DNA from: Takakia lepidozioides
Taxonomy: Eukaryota > Plantae > Bryophyta
DNA length: 64,000 nucleotides
Reading direction: 5' to 3'
NCBI GenBank assembly: GCA_030704615.1
Contig: CM060731.1
Coordinates: 67,022,001 to 67,086,000 of the forward strand
Shown here in pieces: positions 14,998-26,192 of the stretch. Below the pieces are notes generated by a model. It was given only the letters and a program-made list of their open reading frames with translations, was not told the DNA's origin and ran no database searches. How positions within the stretch are numbered: position 1 is the first letter of the stretch; each line of letters begins with the position of its first letter. A program made the translations under genes and the position numbers.

Positions 14998-16208
14998 AGG
15001 CAAATGAAGCTGCAGGGACTCTAGCTGCCACCTACAGACATGTACATACATCAACTGTAGAATAGGGCATCCTACCGATAGCTGACTCCTGTCCATCGGA
15101 GATTGGCACACGCCTTTCCAAGAGAGCTGTACAGCCTGGGCTTCATGACTTTCCAATGCTTTCAACCTGTCAATTGGTTTCTGGGCTGTTGTACTATTCA
15201 GGCCTGCTAGTCAGTGTATCTTGTTCTCCTGTAATTTTTTTTGCCTATAGAGCCAGTAGTTTAACGCGGAATTGTCAATTTGTAGATGACTGAGTGCCCC
15301 ATAGCAAAGGCCTCTTTTGTATACTGTACATTGTTGTCCATTAAAGTCTCATGGTATTTTCACATGCTACCAAACCACCTCATTCGTTGATTTTTTCTCA
15401 AAGTTAGACAAGTGATTAGTTTTCTGTGTGCAGCAGTCTCACATTTGCAATCTGCCAAACTGATACATCAGCACCTTATGAAGAACACACTGGTCTCTCT
15501 CATAGTAAGGCCACACACATTGGCCCTTGCTGTATTGTCTGTAAGTTGGTGGATGTGAAGCTCTTTCTCTTTCTTCTCTGATACTACAGGGCGTGTTGGA
15601 CAGGACTGGGCATGCATGGTGGATGTAAACTTGGGGTTGGTATGTTGGCTGCCCACAAAGCCTTTCTTTCTCCTGGATTGGTAACACAGAAACTGTTTGA
15701 TTTCGAAATCAAAGAATAAAATTGTTGTCATCTGAACATCATAATCTGTGCAATGTTTAGGATTAGCTCATCTAGTAAGGAGGAGGCTCTCACAGCATCA
15801 GATATGAGATTGGGACTTGGATGACAAGAAGATCCACAACAAAACATTGATTTCAATGGGCCAAAGCATCGGTGAGCCCTAAAGAATTCTTAGTTCGTGG
15901 GATTCCGGATGCAAATACTGTGTTGAGGGATAGACATTTCGTGGAGACCAGAGCTTGGTCAGCGTGCTTACTGCAGATGAATCAGGCTGGCTTGTTCTTG
16001 GAGTATCATTCATGCAATCCTGAGGTTCTGGAGGAAGATAGATAGCAAGAGTGTGGAAGAACTCTAAATCGCGTGTCTGTGTATGGCATGTGAGACAATT
16101 CAAGAGTTCTCTTAGGGAAATCCTCGACTCTAGTATTGGATATACTGCTGGGCAATTCAATCGGATTGAGAGCTTGACTGTCTGTCTACGGTATTCAACC
16201 GAGTAAAG

Positions 16209-19200
16209 ATGGAGGGGAAATGGGCAGCAGTGCTGCACCCAGTACATCTGACAGGCAGTGGTCGGCCGTTGTTACATCCAGAAGAGGTGGAGTGCCAGCT
16301 ACTGGATGGTGTGGACATGGAGCTTGAGGAAGCAGGGTCATCGCTGAGGGCCGGCTTGCTCACACTGACCACTCATCGTCTACTCTGGCTGGATGAACAT
16401 GCGAAGCAGGCGGGGGCGGTGCCCCATGGATCAGTAGGGCAGGTGTTCACACCCAAAAAGACAATCAAGACCATGTTTGCAGCACCGCGCCTGCGATTGC
16501 AAGTGTGGACCCAGAAGGATGGTCGCGCTGCTTTGCATGGGGCGCGAGCTGCCGAGGCCTCCATCATTCTCACGCTTGTGTTCCGGGGGCAGACTGGGCT
16601 TGACGCATTTATGCAGCGCTTGGGAGAGGTGCTGCAAGCCAAGGCATGGCAGGTGTCTCTCTTCCTCCTTCACCTAAGGTTTCCAATTGCGAGTTCAATA
16701 GCTGCATCTCTCTCTCTCTCTCTCTCTCCGCCCAAACAACGTCTGATGAGTCCATTCTCTCTCTCTCACTAGATTCAGTGTGTGCTTTTTCTATATGATG
16801 TATAGACCTTAAACCAAAACCCCATTGAGCTGGTGACTCGATCGTCCATGGCTGTGGTTGAGCATTATGGCGATTTGTGGCTTAGTTTCACTCCAGCGAC
16901 CGAATCCACACTAGTGTAACTCTCTTCTATCTCTACGTTTATATTGTCTTTCATGTGATTCTGACTATGATAGTCAATATCTCCCCCCACATTCACCATT
17001 AAATCAACCCGTTGCCCGGGTGATACACAAAAGGACCTTTTTGTGAATACATCGTATGTTCCATTGAGACTGTGAGTATTACTGGAACAGGTGACTTCTT
17101 TTACTGCCTGGAAGTAGGCTCAATTCAAGACCACATTGCAGGTGGATATGGCAGCATCACAAAGTAGGCCCACAACCTCACAGGAGGGCGTTTCAAGAGG
17201 CGAGGCAAGCACCAGTTTGGGAGCAACAGCTGCACACAAGCGCACAGTAGTCAGTAGATTGAACCCATCTATGGCAGGTGTGTCGGGCATTTTGAGAAAG
17301 GAGCAGGAACAGTGGGAGGAGGCAGACAAAAATTTGCATGATGCCTTTCAAGATTTAAATGCTCTTATGGTATGTTGTTTCCCTTCACTTGAAAACAAAA
17401 TGATTTGTTGATGTTTCCTCATGTAGCTATTAGCAGCATATTTAGAAACAAGTGTTCAGATATGGAAATTAGTGGTGTGGACTTTGGTGACGCTACCATC
17501 GTCTGTAGTTCAGAGCACATTTTTTTGTGCTTCTTGGAAGTCTACTGAATTATTGTTGCTGGTGAAGCATATGCGGTAACCTTCTCATTAACTCAACTGC
17601 TGCTATTAGGCATTTGGCACCTGTATTGCTCACTTGTGTGAAACCCAGGACCTCTCATGCTCACATCCTCCCTTACATATTGGAAGCGCTTAGGTACCCA
17701 GCCAGGCAAGGCCAGGCCCCCCATGCAGTTGGATAGACTTCAGAGTATCACCTGCAATGTTTGCCATGTCCATGACTTACATAAGCTTGATGCTCCTCTG
17801 TTGCTGCAATTGGAATCCCAAGACCACTTTTTCCTGTGGTCAAGTACCCTAACCATTGGCCCATGCGTTTGAAGCTGATAAATGGAGAAAGTTTTTTGTG
17901 CCATAACTACCTTCTGCCAAATCTGAATTGTCAAGTTGCGACCAGAGTACTAAGCTGTTAGTTTTCTTACATTACAGAGGGAGCCTGACTAGTGTTGGCA
18001 ATGGAGCAGAGCAAGGCAAAGGAGATGGTGACACTGGCAGAGAGAATGCGCGCTAAGCTACAGCCAGGGCAATCTGGTAAGGTGGAAGAGGAGGAGATGG
18101 GGTCAAAGCAAGAAATGCAGGATTGGTTGTTGAGTGTAGGCATTGTGTCACCCGTCACCAAAGAGTCTGCAGGCGCTCTCTATCATCAGCAGTTGTCTCG
18201 TCAGGTGCATCTCTTATATAGGATTCAAATGTCTGTGAGTTTGGTACATCAATACTGGATGGTGCAACATCAATCCACTTGATTGGTTAGCGTAATGCTC
18301 ACTTCTGCAACTGAGATGCGGCCTTAAAAGCCCCCATATAGTTCTCTTGACACAGAGAGCTCCTTCGTTGTCTCTCTCTGGCCCAATCAATTGTGGGAAT
18401 GAATAACTTTTTGTAAGGTCCATATAATTGGCATAGCTGTAGGGCTTTCTGTCTCCTCATGGTATATCAAGGGCATTAGCCAAAACTTTTGTGTGCTCGA
18501 TGAATTCAGCTGGATTGAGTAAGCGGAGCAGACTGGGTTGGTGTTGGGTGGCAGCTAGCGGATTTTGTTAGAGAGCCCTTGAATAGGTCAGGAGGCATGC
18601 TTGCCATGGTGGATGCGTACTGCCTCTTCAATCGTGCCCGTGGTACAGGTAAAAATTACTTTCCACCTCTAGTACTGGAGGCAGTCGTCAAGCCTGTGTT
18701 TATGTAATAGGCACTGTGTTTTACAAACTGACACGAGGTTTGAGTGTTTGAGGAATCGGCTTTGATTGTTATTTGAAAGTTTTGGCCACCTGTATCATAG
18801 TTTGTGTGTGGGGGAAGACTAGTAATACGGTGCTCGTATATGCAATTGTTTTGGTTAGAAAACTAGTCTGGAGGATTAATGGTATCCGGTGTTCCCGTGA
18901 TACACTTGGGCTTACAATATGTCTGGACAGAACTGATATCACCGGAGGATATGCTACAGGCCTGCACCATCTGGGCAACTATTGATGTGTAAGACACCCG
19001 CATAGCCCCCTACATGAATAGTATTTGAGTTTGACACTATGTGCTGTTGGAGGTTGTATGGATTTCTTCAAATTTTTGTCAGAGAATTATTGCTGCAGTT
19101 CTACTTGGAATGAAGTAGTCGTCTCGTCTTGTTTGATAGAGAGGGAGGCCAGACCTGTTGATAACTCCAACCAGGCTAAGTCTCTAGAATCCATTCAAGT

Positions 19201-20355
19201 GGGGGTGCTTAAGGAGTGTATGTCAGCATGCTCCAAAACAGCCAATGTGGCTGTTCGGGGTGAGTTTGGCATTCCATCCTTAAGCTCCCGACGAGATGAA
19301 TTCAAGGTCAGATGGTGGGGTCAGCTGCAACATATGCCCAACACCAGATATCCTAAGTTAATCGACTCTATATCTTGGAAACAGGACCGCCCTGTCAAAC
19401 AGGCTAAGTCCTGGCAGAAGAGAGTAGAAGAGATTCTCAAGGACCTGGACCTGGATCCACAAGTCTTGACCCTGCTGGATAAATCAGACTTAGAGGCTGT
19501 AGTGTCCAAAGCCATGTCTGTTGCCATGAGATTGTCTGATGAAAATGAAGTTAGGCAGAAAACTTCCCTGAACTTGTTTCCAGTCAGTGACATGGGGGAG
19601 GACATCTTGGATGACCTCAAGGTCTACCCACTCTCGGCACTAGACTGAAATTTAAACTCAGGGCAGGAAGCCTACCTTTGACCAGCAAACAGAAGCAGAG
19701 AGGAAAGGGAGAGTGCAATTGCCCGTTGTGTGGGCAATCTGAAGACAGTATTCATTTTCTGATACACTGTCCGGGGTTCTCTCACCAAAGAGACGCTCTC
19801 TTCAACTCTATCAAGGGAATTGTGCCTGTACCCCTGTTTACCAACTTTGAAAGTCTCGAGGCTGAGCCAAAAGCCCAGGCCCTCCTGAGGCCTAGTTTTT
19901 GGGCAAATCACACACAGCAGATTGATGCTTGTGTGAAGGGATTTCTAGAGGATATCTGGAAAACCCGGATTAATTCTTTATATGAAGGCAAGTCTTACTA
20001 CCAACGTCAGCCCCTGACAGAGGTAGGTTCTGTTCCTTTTGTTCCCGCTCAAACTGGGCGCGGGGTCAATGGCCACAAGGCTACGGCAAACAACGTCTTA
20101 TGAGTACACTCTGTGGTTTCTCTGATTTTGTGTGAACATGTGGGTGTCCTTGCTGTTGCCTGGGGCATGGATGCGGGGAGCACAGACCGGTGAAATTGCG
20201 ACGTTTTGACAGTGGAGTGATGGTGATCCAATCGAAGGCCCAGAGTGATGATGAGGTTAGAATCTCTCCCCCTTTACATTCAGAAGCCAACACAGCGCAT
20301 TCTTTTCTAGCTCAAGAGAAAAGGGGAGAGATTCTGTTTGACTAGCTTAGAAGAG

Positions 20356-20397
<42 letters not shown>

Positions 20398-21187
20398 TAC
20401 CAACGTCAGCCCCTGACAGAGGTAGGTTCTGTCCCTTTTGTTCCCGCTCAAACTGGGCGCGGGGTCAATGGCCACAAGGCTACGGCAAACAACGTCTTAT
20501 GAGTACAATCTCTCTCGCAAACAACATCTTATGAGTTCTCTCTCTCTCTCTCAAACACACACACAAACACGCACCAACTAGGTCATACCAATCAAATAGC
20601 TGTGCACCAGTGCTAGTACACGGCAGTGTTGCCAGGGAACAGTTGCTGTGTCCTTCCTTTCTCTCCCTCCTCCCTTGTTTTCCTGTTGGTCACCCGTTTC
20701 TAAAACATGTGTCCTTCTTGGAAACATTGATCATCTGGAGTGTTTCTGAGCTTTGTCTGTGGGAACAATCTCAGTGACTATGTTTTGAGTGACAGGTACT
20801 GTTGAAGTTGACATTATTGATTAGAAAAGGAGATGCTGTGAATGTGGGCATGAGTGCAAGTGAGGCAGCACGTGCGTTGGGAATGGCACCAGCTCTTGCC
20901 AAGGAACAATTGCTTGCAGCCGAAAACCAAGGTGTTTTCCAATATCTTTTGCAATACGTTCCAGACAGCAGAGAAAATTGTAATTGGTTTGGAGTCTTTG
21001 GACTGGTTGTTATTTTGATGTTTGGTAGTATGTACATTGAGTATCAGTTGTTTGGGGTTTGTAACTAATGGCCAGAACATTCTTACATGCAGGGCTTCTC
21101 TGTCGGGACGATGGAGCAGACGGGCTGCGGTTCTACTCCAATTTCTTCAAAGAGATCAATACATCTACAGTCTTTGCAGAAACTTAG
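16209..21187 (+). CDS. VPS36: ESCRT-II subunit VPS36 (EAP45), multi-exon
   Basis: N-terminal GLUE domain ([14 protein letters not shown]), then [106 protein letters not shown]; canonical splice sites; stop TAG 21185-21187. Confidence 0.95.
19148..20108 (+). mobile_element. 5'-truncated LINE 3' end (post-RT region plus C-terminal zinc knuckle) in a VPS36 intron
   Basis: [22 protein letters not shown]...RYPKL and [17 protein letters not shown] (CCHC) are typical of LINE ORF2 C-termini; interrupted by a stop/frameshift near 19650. Left boundary approximate. Confidence 0.8.
20357..20552 (+). mobile_element. Second, very short 3' end of the same LINE, embedded in a (CT)n microsatellite
   Basis: 20392-20507 matches 19993-20108 at 115/116 nt; flanked by (CT)n on both sides; a further ~19-nt terminal copy at 20518-20536. 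Confidence 0.85.
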
Positions 21188-21749
21188 AGAGGAACATCTT
21201 GTTTCGTTGAAGTTGGGTCATGTCACCCTTAGAGAGCACAAGGTATATATTGGAGTCTAAAGCACCTTCGCAGGAAAGTATGTGAGCAGCTAGGACCCGA
21301 GGCGAATTGGTGCAACTCTCTCTTCATCCAAATGAAAAGCCTAGATGCCCACTTCCTAATAAAGGGCCTGTGGCCCTATGTGATCAAGGACACCCTCATT
21401 CAAACTAGCCTCAACTGCCATGATACATCCTCTTGCTCTAGTATTAGGGAAAATCTCTGGGCTTGCAATCAGAGAAGGGTCAGCTATACTGAAACCAGAC
21501 TACAACCACCAAAGCTTACAAGCAGCTTGGAAATAATTGGGGCCAAACTACTTTCATGCCCTGGTGAGGACAACAAGCTACTGATACCACCAGCCACAAC
21601 CACTGTTGCCTTTTTGATAAAAAGGAGAAAATTTGTCATTCTTCAAGCCACTGACACGCAATTCGGAAACACTACATCGCTTCCCTCAAAGCCACCCTGA
21701 CAAAGCCGTGCACGTCCTACTTCATGAGCTATCAATTATCCACCAACCC

Positions 21750-21945
21750 ATTGTAATTATACAAATCTGCGAGCAATTAGTGCAAAATTGAGGTCATAGC
21801 AGTGAATACAACGTTGATCATATAAGCATAGGAAAACCCATAACACGGATGAAGCACACACACGAGCCCCACTCGGGGTGATGGAAAGGCCATCGAAGAA
21901 GAAAGACCCCCACCTGATCCAGAGGTAAGAGACTTGCAATGCAGC
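21750..21945 (-). pseudogene. Short, internally deleted relic of the BAT1-like permease
   Basis: Similar to 26401-26490 and 26695-26750 (IRWGSFFFDGLSIT vs IIWGSFFFGGLSIT) with the intervening part missing. Confidence 0.7.
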
Positions 21946-22105
21946 AGATGGTAATACTTCTGCAGGGGTGTGTTCTCTTAGCCTGCCAAATTAAAGGGCC
22001 ACCCTATGCTCGTTTGTGAATGGATGAATTTAGTGGATGATGATATCGAACTATAAATGGACCTAGGGGACCATCCTCTCCTTAATTTCTCTCAATTTTC
22101 TTGCA

Positions 22106-22564
22106 ATGGACTCTTCTCTCGCATCTCACAAGGCTGCCAGGGATGCTAGGCTGTGGAGAAAATTTGAGGTGAACACCTCTTACGAGATTGCAATGGAAGC
22201 AAAGATGCATTTGGACTATCTCTTTACGACGGGTCGACATTTCCCGGGATCTCACAAGGCCTCCGGGGGATGGATCGGTTCTGTCAAGACAAAGTCAAAG
22301 AAGGCAGGAGCTAAGCGCTTCTTAAAGGCTCTCTTGCCGGGATCTCATTCGTGGGGAGCCCACAAGGTCTCCTGGGAATTGGGAGATGGCAAGGGAAAGC
22401 CAAAGAAGAACGCGGCCAAACTGTCCTTCAAGTCTCTTTTGGCGGGTACTACTTCCTCGGGAGCCCACAAGGCCTCGGTGGAAATTGGGGAAGCCAAGAG
22501 AAGTAGTAACAAGGGGCAGGTGGGGCACTTGAAGTCGCCACCTCCTGCTCCAGTGACCCCGTAA
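22106..22564 (+). CDS. Intronless 152-aa basic orphan ORF with internal (S/A)HK(A/V) repeats
   Basis: Open ATG-to-TAA frame, TATA-like ctataaat at ~22051, pyrimidine-rich leader, gcaATGG context; no family recognised. Confidence 0.4.
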   Translation: MDSSLASHKAARDARLWRKFEVNTSYEIAMEAKMHLDYLFTTGRHFPGSHKASGGWIGSVKTKSKKAGAKRFLKALLPGSHSWGAHKVSWELGDGKGKPKKNAAKLSFKSLLAGTTSSGAHKASVEIGEAKRSSNKGQVGHLKSPPPAPVTP

Positions 22565-22810
22565 GGGCCTCACAAAACAAAAACAAAAAAACACAATAAG
22601 GGTCCTTTGGACCCACCCACGCCAAATTTTTCATTTTTTCAACAACATTCTAAGAACCCTCTTATGAGCTCTCTCATGAAGCTCCTAGACCCAAAGCACA
22701 CGAGAGCGGGTTTCGTGAGGAAGCTCTTTCGCGTCATGCCGCGAAACATTCGAGTCTCAGGTGCTTCAAAGTTACTCACAATGGTTGCATACTCTTGACG
22801 CTGTGAATTA

Positions 22811-25800
22811 GCATTTGGGAACCAAACTGTACGTCCTTCTTCCATACCTTAATTGGACCAGCAGATGGCTGTCTCGCTGGATCCTCTGTTTGTGCCATAC
22901 TTGGAGAGGCTTTGATCTCTTCCGCCTGCTGGTCACTGACTTAGCCCCATGTCTATTTATTTACGTTGACCTGCGTTTGGAGATTGAAAGTCGCTCAGAT
23001 ACTCTGGAAGTACCGGGTAATGCACTGAAAAGTCTGGCAGAGATTGTGAAAGTGCAAACCGAGTTTTCGATCGATAGATGCGTGAGGCTTAGACAATTGA
23101 GTAGGAATTTGAGAACGACCTGAATTGATGGTGTTTCGGCGGAGGTTGAGATGACCATGAAACGATCCGATTTATTTTTGTGTGGAGTGAATTTTGCTTA
23201 GTCCGAATTTTTTTATCACAAGCTCTTTAGCTTGTGACGACTGAAATTTCATTCCTTCACCGCTGTCCAGCTTCACAGACTTTATTGTTGGCAACATATG
23301 ATGCAACCTTATATCCAACACGCCCTTCATTTGCATGGTGCTCGAGTGATTGTCTAAGGGTGAAGGCCTGTGAAGAGAGAGAATGTGAGCTGTGGCTAAG
23401 TCAGTCTTTGTATGTTGAAGATTGACTGTGCTTCACTTTCTGCAGAAAGTGAAGCATGTCTGCTTTTTTAATGTGATGGGGTTCCCTCTTTCCTCACTGA
23501 CTGGTCTTTTCAGTGTATTTGGCCTTCCATGGTTGCCATCACTCCTCCCTGCGTTTGAAGTCTTAATTTATCATCTTATGTGTCAGTCTGTTTTGCCCCA
23601 TTTTCTCTGGCTTATGCTCTATGCATATTCGGGTGTGCACACAATAAACTCGTTTCAATATTGAAGGAGTTCAGTGTGCTGTAATGCTTGTTAGCCAACT
23701 GCATTGGTCATACAAACTAAGATGTTACTAGAAATGGAATGAATCTTCTTCGGGGGACGAACTGGAGACATGATTTTAATAGATCATGGCGTTCGGGCAA
23801 GAACTAGATTTGTAGGAAAGTCAGCTGTAGAGGCTCTGAATTAGTCCACAGTGTCTTTGCAGTAGCACAGGGACGGAACCTGAATAACTAGAGACATGTC
23901 GGACACGTCCTTAGTCTGTCAGGTGCAGAACCCCTGCACGAAGGACCCAGTCCTCTTGAGCATCGAAACTACGTCAATGCCATGGCTCGATAAAGACAAG
24001 AGAAGGGCAGCACTGGTTTGGTTTAAAGACCTGTATGTGCAAATCTCTCTTCTCTTTTGTTTGTGGTCGGAGGAACTGTCCCACTAAACATGCCAAAAGA
24101 TGCTGATAGAGCACAACATCTCTATCAAAGGGGCTGTATTCTCGTAGATTTTGTGACCCAAATGACAAACTCTCATTTGACCCTGTTGTACTATTTCACT
24201 TGCCAAGTATCTGTTCACCTTTGGAGGTGCTTCACTAGCCAGGTTGGCTTTAAAGATGGGATCTGTAACTTTTGAAGATTGTAAATTTATGAAGAAGCTA
24301 AGGTTAAAGTGTTTTTAACGTGCGTTGAATTCACGGGGCCTACTGCTCTGGACCCAAGCCTTGATGGAAGGTTGAAGGATTGAATTGAACCCAGAAAGCC
24401 CTCAGCCATGTGGTCAATGAGAACTACATCCCTCACATACTGAGAAACCCCTTCTTATATATATCCGTCTTTCGGGCACATGCTCAATTGCACTCATAGT
24501 TGAGCTGGTTGCTTGTTCTTACCCTTCTTTGACTTCCTTGAATCTGACTTCATTTTTTGGTGTCCACCTGAAGCAAATACAACTAACCGTGTGCTGCTCA
24601 CTCAAATCAACCTATTCCCTTTCTTGTGCATGAACAGTGCCAAGAATAATAACTCGATTAGAAGCTCACACCCCAGTGTGGCAAAAGATGGCAGTTAAAC
24701 CAATTTTGTAAGAGCAGGATCCATGAACACAGATTGTCCTATTGCAAACAGGGTTCTCATTCAATTGTGGTTGACTGCATACCATATATGACTGATGACC
24801 TGGAGATCACACCGACGTCAACCATCAAAAGCATTGTCCTACTCAATAAGCTGAAGGTGGAGAAGATGACTGATCTTGAAAGCTTCGAGACAGTTGTTGG
24901 CACTACTGAGGTACAAGACTTCCTCTGAAAAGATTGAGGTTGAAAGCTTTTGGGTTGAGTTTGTAATATTGTTACATGACTATGACTCACAGGAGTCACA
25001 AATTTTTCTGTTTGTGATCATGGATGTTTTGTGTTTTGTGCACTCTGTAGAAGAAATGGTTTAGGTTCATGCCACTTTGTGCATGATGTCCGGTGTGGTA
25101 GCTGTATATAAGTAGTTCTCAATAAAGCAAAGTGGTTTGGTCGCACTTCATTCAACTGCGATCTCACTCGATCTGAATTGATCTTGGGTGCGTTGCTGTC
25201 CTACAGGCCTTGCAGCTGTTGCGAAGTTCTCTAACATGGATGTGCACTCACCGATGTTTTTGGAAACAACTCTTGGAAGCAAGGCCAAAAAGTGAGTAAG
25301 TGAAGCCCACAATCTCGTGACTGTTGTCGAGCAAGCTGGCTGCTGGTGAAACTTCACATCTCATTGAATGAACATGATAGAGGGGAGGACTGAGGTTGCA
25401 GGAATGCAGTCACTACATGATACTGTGAGCTGTTGCAGCTAAGAATGATGATCTAATTTATCCCTAGGTAGTGGTTAAAAGTGGGGCAGACATCTTCATT
25501 TATTTGGTTTCATCATTCCATTTCTTTGCATTGCTCTACCCCACGCACAAGGGCAACACACATCTTACTCCTCAAGGTTTCCAGTTCCTGAAAATTGTAG
25601 GGGGATGATCGCTGATGCAAATTGAGAATCTCCCAGGAGCAAGTTACGGGAAAAATCCTTGAAAGAGGCACTAACAATACAGCTTGAATTCTACCACTCA
25701 TATTCATAGCCAACATTCCTTTCCTCAGCTTTCTATTTGCATGCCTGACATTGGTATTAATCACAACCAATTGCTGGAAGTGAAAATGTTGAAGCCACAT

Positions 25801-26192
25801 TTAACTATGTGACACCACCAGGGAGCACTAATGCCTGGTAAGTTGCATTTTGTTTGGAGTTTGATTTGTATCTCTCTCTTTTCAATTGAGAGGTTTTAAT
25901 AGGGCACCAAAAACAATGTCTGAATATCATGAATACTGACGTGGGTGAGGCAATGTCAACGTCTTAGAAAGGGGGCAAGGAAGGCAAGCTACTCCCACAA
26001 TCTCTATAATCCCATCTTGACTATATAGGACCTAATGGAAGGATCTGCAATCAAAGTCACTCTTCACACAAAATGTGTTACTGGGGTATAGAACCTTTTC
26101 CAGGAAGATCAAAAATCTCCCGGACAGGACCTTTAAACCACCGTCAGGCATCAAATATCCACCAACCCATTATGATTGTCAAAACAAACCCA
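22811..26192. repeat. Segmental duplication copy A (copy B at 29349-31425)
   Basis: Long near-identical blocks; for example the ORF-track peptides at 23896 and 30142 differ by one residue. Confidence 0.95.
24734..25270 (+). pseudogene. DUF674-family C-terminal exons, degenerate
   Basis: YMTDDLEITPTSTIKSIVLLNKLKVEKMTDLESFETVVGTTE|ALQLLRSSL...LTDVF resembles the plant DUF674 C-terminus; no intact 5' part, frameshift in the last exon. Confidence 0.7.
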
